64,000 nucleotides of DNA from Vulcanimicrobiota bacterium (GCA_963169765.1 CAUJEN010000109.1:27497-91496), one strand, 5' to 3'; numbered from the stretch's first letter, positions 8,366 through 18,058 are shown. Made by a program: numbers and translations. The notes: a model not told the origin generated them from the letters alone.

Positions 8366-11300
8366 GTGTCTGATCTTTATTACGGCCGCTATCAGGTCAT
8401 CGACCAGTTGGGCAGCGGCGGGATGGGCATCGTCTTCCATGGCCTCGACCCTCTGCTCGAGCGTCCCGTGGCCATCAAGACGCTGCATCCCGCCCGGCTG
8501 ACCCAGCCGGCCATCGATCGCTTCCTGCGCGAGGCCCGCACCGCCGCCAAGCTCGACAGCCCGCACATCGTGCGCATCCACACCATCGAGCAGCAGCCCG
8601 AGACCTACCTGGGCAAGCCCATCACCGTCCACTTCATCGTGATGGAGTTCGTGGCCGGGCGCACTCTGGGCGAGTTCCTGCAGGGCGCCCCCGCCAACCA
8701 GGCCGAGCTTGAGAAGCGTCTGCGGCTTTTCTTGCAGGTGCTCGAGGGGATCAAGTATGCCCACTCGCGCGGGGTGGTGCACCGCGACCTCAAGCCTGAC
8801 AACGTCATGGTCACCCCCGAAGGGGTGGTCAAGGTCATGGACTTCGGCCTGGCTTTCTTCGAGGACAGCCACTCGCTCACCGACGCCGGCCAGACCATGG
8901 GCACCCCGGCCTACCTCTCTCCCGAGCAGGCCATGGGCTCGCCGGCCGACCATCGCACCGACATCTACTCTCTGGGCGTCATTTTGTTCGAGCTCTTGAC
9001 CGGCGAGCTGCCCATCATGGCCAGCCATCCGGCCGAGATGATCCGCAAGGTGATCGACGCTCCCCCTCGCAACCCTCGCGAGGTCGTCCCCACCCTGGCC
9101 CCGGCTCTGGAGCTGATGGTCAGCCGCTGTCTTCGCAAGCAGCCCGAGGCTCGCTACGCCACCGTGGACGAGATGATCGCCGAGCTCGAGCTATTCTTGA
9201 AGGGCGAGAGCGACAGGCCCCCCGTCAAACCGGCTCCCGTGTCCGAGCCCACCATCGCCCCCTGGTCGCCGCCGCCCGGAGCCACCTTCGCCGACGGCGC
9301 TCCCCCCGTCTCGCGGGCCATCGACTTCCGCTCGCTCGAGCCCCAGCCCCCGGTGGCCGAGCAGGAGAGCCCGCTGGCTTTCATGCCGCCCTCCACGTTC
9401 GTCAAGTTCGGCCAGTCGCCGGCGGTGGCTTCCGACTCCTGGCTGCTGGAGGCCAAAGAAAACCAGGGCCCGCTCTACCAGAAGCTGGAGCAGCCCCGTC
9501 CGGTCGACATTCCCGCCGCCCCGGTCGCGGCCGTCATCTGCTCGCGCTGTGGGGCCGAGAACCAGAGCGGTGCCGAGCTCTGCCAGACCTGCGGCATGGA
9601 GCTGCAGCAAAAGTCCTACTTCAAGATCGACCAGGAGGCCAAGACCCACCTGGCGGCCGGCCTCAAAGCCCTGGAGGCGGGCCGCTTCCAGCAGGCCGTC
9701 TTCGACCTGCAGCAGGCCCTGAGTCGCAATCCCGAGCTGGGCGAGGCCCACCTCAACCTGGGCCGGGCCTTCACCGAGCTGTCCGAGTATGATTCGGCCC
9801 ACACCGCCCTGCAGCGCTCCATCGAGATCATGGTCGACTCCACCGAGCCCTATCTGGCTCTGGCCGACCTGTTCCAGCGCCAGGAGCTCTTCGGGGAGGT
9901 CATCGCCTGCCTGCAAGAGGTGCTGCGCCGCACCCCCGCCGACGCCGACTCGCGGTGCCGGCTGGCCTTCCTGCTGCAAGGGCAGGGCCGGGTGGCCGAA
10001 GCGGTGGATCAGTACCGCCGGGTGCTTCGCACCGATTCGCGCAACCTGCAGGCCAACCGCCAGTATGGCCTGATGCTGGCCGGGGGCGAGCGTCCCGAGG
10101 AGGCCATCCCCTATCTCGAGATGGCCTGCGAGGCCGATCCTGAGGATGCCCACACCGCCTCGCTGCTGGCCCGGCTCTACCAGAAGGCCCGCAAGGCCGA
10201 TCGCGCCCAGCAGATTCTGCGCTCGGCCATCGCCCACAACCAGGACAACGCTTCGCTCTACGCTGACCTGGGGGCCTTCTACCAGGCCCAGGGTCGGGAA
10301 GACCTGGCCATCAACGAGCTCTCCCGGGCTCTCGAGCTCGACCAGGGCAATCGCGACGCCCGCGTCTGCCTGGCCGCCGTCTACGAGCGCCACGGCAAAC
10401 TACCGCAGGCCCTGCGCGAGTTGGAGAAGGCGCTCGACTTTCATCCCCAAGATTTGCAGATCCACCGCCGTTTGGGCGAGCTTTACCTGCAGACCCAGGA
10501 CCTCGACCGCGCCCTGGCTCACTTCGAGGAGGTGGTGCGCCTCGACCCGGCCTCCGCCGCCATGCACAACCGGCTGGGCCGGCTCTATCTCAAGAAGAAC
10601 TACACCGACCGCTCCATCGAGGAATACCAGCGCGCCGTCGAGCTGCATAAGGTCGATCCCGAGTACCGCGAAGACCTGGCCATGGCCTACTACTGCGCCA
10701 AGAAGTTCGACCTGGCCGCCGAGGAGCTGCGCAAAGCCGCCCTGCTCGACGGCCAGAACCCGGACTACCCCAAGGCCATGGGCATGCTCAAGTTCGAGCT
10801 GGGCGACAACGAGACGGCCGTGGCCTGCCTCAAGCTGGCCATCGCCAAGAAGCCCGGCGACTCCCAGGCCCACGGAATGCTGGGCCAGGCGTTCGCCCGC
10901 CAGGGCCTTTCCAACATGGCCATCTCTTCGTATCAGAAGGCGCTGGATCTCGATCCCAACCTGCACCTGATGCACCTCTACCTGGCCCGGGCCTACGCCC
11001 AGGCCGGACGCCACCAGGACGCGGTCAACTCCTTCCGCAAGCTGGGCAGCAAGCTGGGCATGCTGGAAGACACCCGCCTGATGAGCGAGGCCTACGTCGA
11101 GATGGGCATGAGCTACCTGGCCTCCCACCAGCCTGCCCGCGCGGCCGAAGTGTTCAGCGCCGCCCTGCAGAAAGATCCGCGCGACGCCCGGGCGCTGCAC
11201 GGCCTGGGCCGCGTGCACCTGGCCCGCCACCAGCTCCCCAGAGCCCGCGAGCTGGTGCTCAGGGCCCTGAGCGCCGAGCCGCGCAATGCAGACTTTCTGG

Positions 11301-11758
11301 CCACCCTGGCCGATCTGGCGGGGGAGGAGGGTCGCTTCGGCGAGGCCTCCGAGATTCTGCGCCAGGCCATCAGCCACGCCCCCACCCGCCCCGACCTCTA
11401 CGAGCGGCTCGGACGCGCCCAGCGCAAGGCTGATCAGCCTGACGAAGCCATCGAGACCTTCCGCCGCGCCGCCGGCATCTTCCCCGAGCGAGCCGCCTCC
11501 TTCTACTGGATGGAGGGCCGCGTGCACGCCCGCGTGGGCAACCTGGGCCAGGCGGCCCACATCTTTCGCCGCGCTCTCGAGCACGACCCCAACAACTGGA
11601 CCATCTACCGCGACCTGGGCACCACCTGTCACAAGCTGGGCAACATCCCCGACGCCGTCAAGACCCTGCGTCAGGCCATTGAGCGGGCCCCCGACCGCGA
11701 GCTGCCCGACCTCAAGAGCTACCTCGCCCGCCTCGAGCGCGAGCTGGCCGCTTACTGA
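8366..11758 (+). CDS. Hanks-type Ser/Thr protein kinase with a long C-terminal TPR array
   Basis: GSGGMGIVF, AIK, HRDLKPDNVM, DFGLA and GTPAYLSPE are present, then a zinc-ribbon-like CSRCGAEN..CQTCG and more than 15 TPR units. GTG 8366 is chosen because the ATG at 8054 would read through the metK terminator hairpin. Confidence 0.85.
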   Translation: MSDLYYGRYQVIDQLGSGGMGIVFHGLDPLLERPVAIKTLHPARLTQPAIDRFLREARTAAKLDSPHIVRIHTIEQQPETYLGKPITVHFIVMEFVAGRTLGEFLQGAPANQAELEKRLRLFLQVLEGIKYAHSRGVVHRDLKPDNVMVTPEGVVKVMDFGLAFFEDSHSLTDAGQTMGTPAYLSPEQAMGSPADHRTDIYSLGVILFELLTGELPIMASHPAEMIRKVIDAPPRNPREVVPTLAPALELMVSRCLRKQPEARYATVDEMIAELELFLKGESDRPPVKPAPVSEPTIAPWSPPPGATFADGAPPVSRAIDFRSLEPQPPVAEQESPLAFMPPSTFVKFGQSPAVASDSWLLEAKENQGPLYQKLEQPRPVDIPAAPVAAVICSRCGAENQSGAELCQTCGMELQQKSYFKIDQEAKTHLAAGLKALEAGRFQQAVFDLQQALSRNPELGEAHLNLGRAFTELSEYDSAHTALQRSIEIMVDSTEPYLALADLFQRQELFGEVIACLQEVLRRTPADADSRCRLAFLLQGQGRVAEAVDQYRRVLRTDSRNLQANRQYGLMLAGGERPEEAIPYLEMACEADPEDAHTASLLARLYQKARKADRAQQILRSAIAHNQDNASLYADLGAFYQAQGREDLAINELSRALELDQGNRDARVCLAAVYERHGKLPQALRELEKALDFHPQDLQIHRRLGELYLQTQDLDRALAHFEEVVRLDPASAAMHNRLGRLYLKKNYTDRSIEEYQRAVELHKVDPEYREDLAMAYYCAKKFDLAAEELRKAALLDGQNPDYPKAMGMLKFELGDNETAVACLKLAIAKKPGDSQAHGMLGQAFARQGLSNMAISSYQKALDLDPNLHLMHLYLARAYAQAGRHQDAVNSFRKLGSKLGMLEDTRLMSEAYVEMGMSYLASHQPARAAEVFSAALQKDPRDARALHGLGRVHLARHQLPRARELVLRALSAEPRNADFLATLADLAGEEGRFGEASEILRQAISHAPTRPDLYERLGRAQRKADQPDEAIETFRRAAGIFPERAASFYWMEGRVHARVGNLGQAAHIFRRALEHDPNNWTIYRDLGTTCHKLGNIPDAVKTLRQAIERAPDRELPDLKSYLARLERELAAY

Positions 11759-11839
11759 GCCAGAAGCGGAGCTCTGCCGTCCAACAGAACGCCTGGCGGG
11801 GCGGTCTACCGCCTGCTCAGAGCGGTCAAGCTGGCGGGC

Positions 11840-12169
11840 TCAGAAGCCGAAACCGGAGTAGTTGCCGTTCCAGCCGCCGATTCCGGCCCAGCCATACGAC
11901 AGGCGCTGGCTGGCGCCGAAAAGGTCGTTGTAGTAACCCATGAAGTTGGCGTTCTGAAGGCTCGCGTTGCCCACGATCATCGAGCCGGCCCGAGAGTTAT
12001 CGGTCTGGAAGATGAAAGGCTGGTTCACCCGGCCGATGTCGTGGAAGAACGAAGGCCCGGGAGGGTTGAAAATGAACGGCTGGTTGACCGGGCCGGTGGT
12101 GAAGATGAAAGGCTGGGTGCTGGGCACTCCAGGGGTGTAGATGAAGGGGAACCGAGATCCGAAAGCCAT
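11840..12169 (-). CDS. small repeat protein (109 aa) with QPFIF repeats and a Gly/aromatic-rich C-terminus
   Basis: ATG 12169 lies 9 nt downstream of AGGAGG. The sequence contains RFPFIY, TQPFIF, NQPFIF, PSFFH and NQPFIF, and ends GWAGIGGWNGNYSGFGF. No family recognised. Confidence 0.55.
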   Translation of the reverse strand: MAFGSRFPFIYTPGVPSTQPFIFTTGPVNQPFIFNPPGPSFFHDIGRVNQPFIFQTDNSRAGSMIVGNASLQNANFMGYYNDLFGASQRLSYGWAGIGGWNGNYSGFGF

Positions 12170-12290
12170 CGTGCGCATCCTCCTGGATTCAGACAATAGG
12201 GCGCAGGACTGAAAAAACTCTGATGAGCCGCCAAATTCGACGAGGCTTAGGAGCGCTCGGGCAAAGAGAATTTGACGGGTTCGGAAGGCC

Positions 12291-12971
12291 TTGTACTGGT
12301 CCACCGTGGCCTTGCTGCAGGATATTGACCTCGAGGAGAACGGGCTTGATATCGACTCGGTGTTGGCCAGCCTGCCGGTTCGGATCGTGACTCGACCCGA
12401 CGCTCCCCACGGCAACGGGACTCATCCCGACGCCGAGCACTTCGATTTCCCCTCGATATTGGAGGCAGGCCAGCGGGAGTGGCTCACGATCATCGCGGGC
12501 TACCAGATCGGGGACAACCCGGCGATGAGCGACCTGCCGATCACGCTCCAGGTGAGCCTCGACGGCGGTCAGCTCGACGGCGGTCAGCTGGTCGAGATTC
12601 TCGAGACAATCCCCAGCCAGCGAGACATCGTGGTCAACTCTGACGGAAATCTGACGGTCGTTCCAGGCCCTCAGTTCCCGAATCAACAGGGCACCGCCCA
12701 GCTTTCGGAGCAGGTTCAGCTGGCCGACAACTCCGACAAGATCGAAATCCAGGTGGAGGCAGTCCTGCTGAGAAGCATCAGGAAACCGTTCAGCCTGACC
12801 GTTCACGGCAAGCTTTTCATGGCCCCGCTGCAGGGGCCCACCGAGATGGCCGTAGGCTCTACCCGCACCATCCGCATACCCCTATGGCCCTCGCACGTCT
12901 GTTCGCCCCCGCGTCTCCCGGCGTTACCGGTCTCCCGGCGTTACCGGTCCCACCGGGCGGTATGGCGGTAG
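12291..12971 (+). CDS. hypothetical protein; 3' end runs into a repeat region
   Basis: GC3-rich frame with an internal duplicated GACGGCGGTCAGCT (DGGQLDGGQL). The TTG start is uncertain. The last roughly 30 codons overlap DNA repeats and may not be genuine. Confidence 0.4.
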   Translation: MYWSTVALLQDIDLEENGLDIDSVLASLPVRIVTRPDAPHGNGTHPDAEHFDFPSILEAGQREWLTIIAGYQIGDNPAMSDLPITLQVSLDGGQLDGGQLVEILETIPSQRDIVVNSDGNLTVVPGPQFPNQQGTAQLSEQVQLADNSDKIEIQVEAVLLRSIRKPFSLTVHGKLFMAPLQGPTEMAVGSTRTIRIPLWPSHVCSPPRLPALPVSRRYRSHRAVWR

Positions 12972-13097
12972 GCGAGGCGAGCAGCCCTGCCCGGCCTCGG
13001 CCCTCGCACATCTGTTCGCACCCGCGCCACCCGCGAAATTCCTCAGCCAACAGCAAACGTCCTCACCCTCGCCAACCCGCGAAGTCCTCAGCCAACA
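12886..13097. repeat. cluster of short direct repeats in a G-poor, C/A-rich intergenic tract
   Basis: A 28-nt repeat occurs at 12886-12913 and 12999-13026 (26/28 identical). An exact 17-bp tandem TCTCCCGGCGTTACCGG x2 lies at 12914-12947. CCCGCGAA(AT/G)TCCTCAGCCAACA occurs at 13030-13052 and 13076-13097. Confidence 0.7.
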
Positions 13098-13268
13098 CCC
13101 ATGTCCCAACCAACTTCAACCAACCAACAATGGCTCATCTCCCAAACCCCCCCGCAACTTTCCCCACCCGAGCCGGTTTGATCCCCTGGATGCACCACGA
13201 CGAAGGATTTTCATCCCGGTCCAAGAACCTGTCGGCGCCTTGTCTGCAAGGCAGTGGGAGGACTCCGC

Positions 13269-14012
13269 GTGCTAAGAACCGTCCAACTGGCGCTCATGGT
13301 CGCCATTTCGATGTTGGCCCTGGCCACCTTGCAAGCCCAGGAGGCCTCCACTCCCGACGAGCTGGCCATTCTGATCGTGGGCACCGAGGAGAATGCCGAG
13401 ATGATGCGCCAGGAGAACGTGCTCATCGAGGAAGTGCGCCGCCAGCTTCGCACCTGGCCGGCCGACAAACGCCCTCCCGTCTTCAGCTACCACTTCAACA
13501 AGAAGAAAGAGCGAGCCTACTGCGAGCAGAAGCTGAACATCCTGGTGGAGGATCTGGTCTTCGTAGGCATCGTCAGACTGGAGAAGAAGGTGCCCCGCAA
13601 GGTCGTCTACCGCATCGACCGCCTGGTCAACCCGGCCCGCTCGGCCACCGAGCTGCTCGAGCGGGCTCAGGAGATGCTGGGGGTCAACCTGACCCCCAGC
13701 CCCAGTCCCAGTCCAGGCACCCCTTCTCCCAGTGCCACTCCCAGCGCCAGCCCCTCCCCCGACGAGCCCGAGGCCCGCTGGCGCATCCAACTGGGCGTTT
13801 TCGGCCAGCGCAAGAACGCCGAGGAGCTGGTTGCCAAACTGCGCGAGAAGGGCCATGTGGCCACCATCATGGCGGCCGTGGAGGAGGGGGCCTCGGTCTA
13901 CAAGGTGCAGATCGGTCCCTTCGCCAACCGTCAGGAGGCTCTGACCGCCGTGGATGCGCTCAAAGCCCAGTCCTTCCAACAGGCGTTCCTGGTCGACGGG
14001 GGCGGCGACTGA
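13269..14012 (+). CDS. SPOR domain-containing secreted protein
   Basis: Signal peptide VLRTVQLALMVAISMLALATLQAQEA, a Pro/Ser/Thr linker, and a C-terminal SPOR pattern RWRIQLGVFGQRKNAEELVAKLREKGH...YKVQIGPFANRQEA. GGGAGG lies 7 nt upstream of GTG 13269; GTG 13254 is an alternative start. Confidence 0.85.
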   Translation: MLRTVQLALMVAISMLALATLQAQEASTPDELAILIVGTEENAEMMRQENVLIEEVRRQLRTWPADKRPPVFSYHFNKKKERAYCEQKLNILVEDLVFVGIVRLEKKVPRKVVYRIDRLVNPARSATELLERAQEMLGVNLTPSPSPSPGTPSPSATPSASPSPDEPEARWRIQLGVFGQRKNAEELVAKLREKGHVATIMAAVEEGASVYKVQIGPFANRQEALTAVDALKAQSFQQAFLVDGGGD

Positions 14013-16006
14013 CGACGGCCCGCTTCGCCAGCGTCATCGTCGACAAAGCCACCCGCAGCCTCGACCGCCCTTTCACCTACCGGGTGCCGGACAGCCTGCA
14101 AGGCCAGGTGACGGCCGGCAGCCTGGTGGAGGTGCCCTTCCGCGAGAAGGCCCTGACCGGGGTCGTGCTCGAGCTCACCGCCGAGCCCGGCTGCGAGGAG
14201 AGCCGGGTCAAAGACATCCTCCGCCTGCTCGAGGCCGAGCCGTTCTTCGGCCGTCAGACCCTCAAGCTGGTGGAGTGGATGGTATCCTTTTACGGCGCCA
14301 CCTGGCGCGATACCCTGTTTGCGGTTGTGCCCGCCCCCGTGCTGGCCCAGGTGCAGCGGCCCGGCAAGCCGCGCGGGCCGCGCCGGAGCACCCTGCCGGC
14401 CAGTATCCATTACCCCGCGCCCTCTCTGCTCGACGAGCAGCGCCAGGCCCTCAAGGCCATCCGTCCCGGGGAGAAAGTGCTGCTCTATGGCGTCACCGGC
14501 AGCGGCAAGACCGAGGTTTATCTGCACGCTGTGGAGGCGGCCCTCCAGTCCGGCCGTCAGGCCATCGTCATGGTGCCCGAGGTGGCCCTGACCCCCCAGG
14601 CGGTGGAGCGCTACCGCGGCCGACTGGGCGATACGGTGGGGGTGCTGCACTCGGGCCTGACCGCCGCCGAGCGCCGAGAGCAGTGGTGGCGGCTGCGCCG
14701 GGGAGAGCTCTCGGTGGCCCTGGGAACCCGCTCGGCCGTGTTCGCGCCTTTGCAAGACCCCGCTCTCTTCATCCTGGACGAAGAGCACGATCATTCCTAC
14801 AAGCAGGATCAGACCCCGCGCTACCATGCCCGCCAGGTGGCCGTCAGAAGGGCCGCCCAGACGGGCGCGGCGGTGGTGCTGGGCAGCGCGACCCCCAGCC
14901 TGGAGAGCTTCTATCTGGCCCAGACTGGCTACTACAAGCTGCTGGAGCTCTCCGCCCGGGTCACCGGGCGCAAGCCGCCCCCGGTGGAGCTGGTGGACAT
15001 GCGCCGAAGGCCCCGCCAGCTCCTGTCCCAGCCGCTGGTGGAGCGCATGCGCGAGACCCTGGCCCGTGACGAGCAGGTGGTGCTGTTGCTCAACCGTCGC
15101 GGTTTCTCGAGCTACCTTCAGTGCGGGCTGTGCGGACACGTGCACAAATGCCCCCACTGCAGTATCTCGCTCACCTTCCACAAGCAGGCTCGTCACCTGC
15201 GCTGCCACTATTGCGGTCACACCACCGCCCCGCCCGACCTTTGCCAGGCCTGCTCCTCGCCCGAGCTGAGCTATCGCGGGGGCGGTACCGAGCGGCTGGA
15301 GTCCGAGCTGGCCACCGCCCTGCCCGGAGTCGAGCTGGCCCGGCTCGATCGCGATACAACCTCGCGGGCCGGCGGCCACGCCGAGATCCTGGGCCGTTTT
15401 GCCCGCAAGGAGGCTCGCGTCTTGCTGGGCACCCAGATGGTGGCCAAGGGGCTCGACTTCCCCGATGTCACCCTGGTGGGAGTGATCAATGCCGATGGAG
15501 GGCTCAACCTGCCCGACTTCCGGGCCTCCGAACGCACTTTTCAACTGCTGACCCAGGTAGCCGGCCGGGCCGGACGAGGCCAGCTCGAGGGCCACGTGCT
15601 GGTGCAGACGCTCGACCCCGAGAACGCCTGCCTGGTGTCGGCGGCGCAGCACGATTACGCCGGTTTTTACGCCCGCGAGCTGGAGCTTCGTCGTCAGGTG
15701 GGCTATCCGCCCTTCTGCCGGCTGGTGCGCCTGGTCGTGAGCGGTACTCAAGCCGAGGAGGTGGAGCATGAAGCGCTGGATGTAGCCAGAATTCTTTCCG
15801 CTCGGGTAGCCCAGGCCGAGCTGCTGGGGCCCGCCCCCTGTCCACTTGAAAAAGTGCGCGGGCGCTGGCGCTGGCACCTGTTGGGGCGAACCGCCAAAGT
15901 GCAGGAACTCGTTCAAGGGGCGAGAACCTATTTCGACCAGAAAGCGAACAATCCACGCTCTGACTTGCAATGGAGCGTCGATCCCGATCCCCAAGACCTG
16001 CTTTAG
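14009..16006 (+). CDS. priA: primosomal protein N' (replication restart helicase PriA)
   Basis: N-terminus ARFASVIVDKATRSLDRPFTYRVP, Walker A GVTGSGKTEVY, DEEHD, and the zinc cluster CGLCGHVHKCPHCSISLTFHKQARHLRCHYCGH. There is no ATG, GTG or TTG near the homologous N-terminus. The CTG at 14009 overlapping the SPOR stop is a guess. Confidence 0.88.
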   Translation: MTTARFASVIVDKATRSLDRPFTYRVPDSLQGQVTAGSLVEVPFREKALTGVVLELTAEPGCEESRVKDILRLLEAEPFFGRQTLKLVEWMVSFYGATWRDTLFAVVPAPVLAQVQRPGKPRGPRRSTLPASIHYPAPSLLDEQRQALKAIRPGEKVLLYGVTGSGKTEVYLHAVEAALQSGRQAIVMVPEVALTPQAVERYRGRLGDTVGVLHSGLTAAERREQWWRLRRGELSVALGTRSAVFAPLQDPALFILDEEHDHSYKQDQTPRYHARQVAVRRAAQTGAAVVLGSATPSLESFYLAQTGYYKLLELSARVTGRKPPPVELVDMRRRPRQLLSQPLVERMRETLARDEQVVLLLNRRGFSSYLQCGLCGHVHKCPHCSISLTFHKQARHLRCHYCGHTTAPPDLCQACSSPELSYRGGGTERLESELATALPGVELARLDRDTTSRAGGHAEILGRFARKEARVLLGTQMVAKGLDFPDVTLVGVINADGGLNLPDFRASERTFQLLTQVAGRAGRGQLEGHVLVQTLDPENACLVSAAQHDYAGFYARELELRRQVGYPPFCRLVRLVVSGTQAEEVEHEALDVARILSARVAQAELLGPAPCPLEKVRGRWRWHLLGRTAKVQELVQGARTYFDQKANNPRSDLQWSVDPDPQDLL

Positions 16007-16019
16007 AGAGGCTCTCTGT

Positions 16020-16592
16020 ATGAAGAAGAATCTAATCCGCACGGGTGCGATGATGCTGGCCGCCTGCTGGCTGCTGTTGGCCGCCTGGAACGTCCAGGCC
16101 CAGCAGCCCGGCCAGATGATCCAGACCGATGGCACCAATAAGAAGTCGCCCATTAAGGTCACCAAGCTCGACTTCTCGGACAGCACCACCCCCGGGGCCA
16201 CCTTCGTGGGTGAGGTGCGCACCAGTTGCACCATTCAGAACACCTCCAAGGACAAGGCCTTGAGCAAGGTGACCCTGAGCCTGCGCCTGCTCAACCTGGC
16301 TGGCCAGACGGTGATGGAGTGGAAAAAGCCGGTGGGAACCCTGAAGCCCGGCCAGTCCTTCAGCTTCACGCCCGACCCGCCCATCTGGTACAACTATCAG
16401 AAGATCCAGGTTCAGCCCAAGGCGATGGTGGAGCACGAGGTTCCCCCCGACGACACCAGCCCCAGCCCGGGTGCGGCCAGCCCCGGTGGCTCGGATCCGA
16501 CGGCGGCCCCGGCCAGCCCCACGGCCACCTACACCCCCCGCACCCCGACGCCCAGGCCCACGGCCACCCGCACCAATCCGCCCGGTTACTAG
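16020..16592 (+). CDS. secreted hypothetical protein with a Pro/Thr-rich C-terminus
   Basis: ATG 16020 gives MKKNLIRTGAMMLAACWLLLAAWNVQAQQ, a signal peptide. The gene lies between priA and def. Confidence 0.7.
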   Translation: MKKNLIRTGAMMLAACWLLLAAWNVQAQQPGQMIQTDGTNKKSPIKVTKLDFSDSTTPGATFVGEVRTSCTIQNTSKDKALSKVTLSLRLLNLAGQTVMEWKKPVGTLKPGQSFSFTPDPPIWYNYQKIQVQPKAMVEHEVPPDDTSPSPGAASPGGSDPTAAPASPTATYTPRTPTPRPTATRTNPPGY

Positions 16593-16598
16593 TCCGTC

Positions 16599-17096
16599 GT
16601 GGCCGTTCTCCCGATCCGATTCGTTCCCGAGGCGGTCCTTCGTCAGAAGGCCCGCCCCGTGGAACGCATCGACACGATCTTGCTGCGCCTGCTCGAGGAC
16701 ATGATCGAGACCATGTACGAAGCGCGCGGCATCGGCCTGGCGGCGCCCCAGGTTGGCATCTCCAAGCGGGTCATCGTGGTGGACATCGGCGACGGCCCCA
16801 TCTGCCTGATTAACCCCAAGCTCGACGAGCTAGAAGGCGAGGAGATCGGCCCTGAGGGCTGCCTGAGCATTCCTGGAGTGCAGGGCGAGGTGAAGCGGGC
16901 CGCCAAACTCGTGGCCCGGGGAGTGGACGAGCAGGGCCGCAAGGTGCGCATCCCCGCCGAGGGTTTGCTCGCCCGCGTCTTCCAACACGAGGTGGATCAC
17001 CTCGACGGCCGCCTCTTCACAGATATCGCCAGCGGCATCCGCGACGGCACCCGGCAGGGCCAGGAGGAGGAGGAAGAGGAGGAGGTCGAGGCGTGA
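16599..17096 (+). CDS. def: peptide deformylase
   Basis: GIGLAAPQVG, EGCLSIPG and HEVDHLDG motifs are present. There is an unusual acidic tail QEEEEEEEVEA. Confidence 0.95.
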   Translation: MAVLPIRFVPEAVLRQKARPVERIDTILLRLLEDMIETMYEARGIGLAAPQVGISKRVIVVDIGDGPICLINPKLDELEGEEIGPEGCLSIPGVQGEVKRAAKLVARGVDEQGRKVRIPAEGLLARVFQHEVDHLDGRLFTDIASGIRDGTRQGQEEEEEEEVEA

Positions 17097-18040
17097 AGGT
17101 GGTCTTTATGGGCACCCCCGACTTCGCCCTGCCCAGCCTCGAGGTGGTGGCCCGCCAGTGCGAGCTGAAGGCCGTCTACAGCCAGCCCGACAAGCCCCGC
17201 GGGCGCGGCAACAAGGTCACGCCTCCGCCCGTCAAAGCCCGGGCCCTGGAGCTGGGCGTTCCCGTGCTGCAGCCCCTCAAGCTGCGCGACGAGGCGGTGC
17301 TGGCCGAGCTTGCGGCCTTCGAGCCCGAGGTCATCGTGGTGGTGGCCTACGCCAAGCTGATCCCCAAGAGCATCCTCGATCTGCCCCGCCACGGCTGCAT
17401 CAATGTCCACCCCTCACTCCTGCCGCGCCATCGGGGAGCCATCCCCATCCAGGCCTCCATCATGGCCGGCGATCGCCAGACGGGGGTGTGGACCTTCTTC
17501 ATGGACGAGGGCTACGACACGGGCGATCTGATCTTGTGCCGGTGCACCGAGATCGGTCCCGAGGAGACGGGGGAGGAGCTGTCCGCACGCTTGGCCGCGC
17601 TGGGCGCCGAGGTGCTCTCCGAGACCCTGACCGCCCTGGCCAGCGGCACCGCCCCGCGCCGTGCCCAGCCGGCCGAGGGGGCCAACTACTCCAAGGTGCT
17701 CAAGAAAGAAGATCTCTGGGTGGACTGGACCCGTCCTGCCGCAGAGGTGAGCAACTTCGTGCGCGCCCTGGCCCACGAGCCCGGCGCCACCACCGCCTTC
17801 AAGACCAACCAGCTCAAGCTGGGCCGAGCCAGCCTGACAGGCGGCAGCGGCCCTCCCGGCTGCGTGCTGGGGGTGGAGAAGGGCCAGGGCCCGGTCGTGG
17901 CCTGCGGCCAGGGAGCCGTGCTGATCCGCCAGCTCAAGCCTCCCGGGAAGGGCTGGATGGATGCCTGGGCCTACCAGCAGGGCAACCCCTTCGCTCCGGG
18001 CGACCTGTTTGAGAGCCGCCCCGTTCCCGCCGCCACCTGA
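17093..18040 (+). CDS. fmt: methionyl-tRNA formyltransferase
   Basis: MKVVFMGTPDFALPSLE and HPSLLPRHRGAIPIQ are present. The start overlaps the def stop in GTGA. Confidence 0.95.
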   Translation: MKVVFMGTPDFALPSLEVVARQCELKAVYSQPDKPRGRGNKVTPPPVKARALELGVPVLQPLKLRDEAVLAELAAFEPEVIVVVAYAKLIPKSILDLPRHGCINVHPSLLPRHRGAIPIQASIMAGDRQTGVWTFFMDEGYDTGDLILCRCTEIGPEETGEELSARLAALGAEVLSETLTALASGTAPRRAQPAEGANYSKVLKKEDLWVDWTRPAAEVSNFVRALAHEPGATTAFKTNQLKLGRASLTGGSGPPGCVLGVEKGQGPVVACGQGAVLIRQLKPPGKGWMDAWAYQQGNPFAPGDLFESRPVPAAT

Positions 18041-18058
18041 CGTGCTCTCCTGACTGCG

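Noticed and set aside
12884-14008. 1040-aa ORF fusing the intergenic repeats and the SPOR region to priA
   Set aside because: The upstream 375 codons are a shadow frame over the repeat tract and over the SPOR gene, which has its own clear frame, signal peptide and SPOR domain. PriA homology begins only at about 14012.
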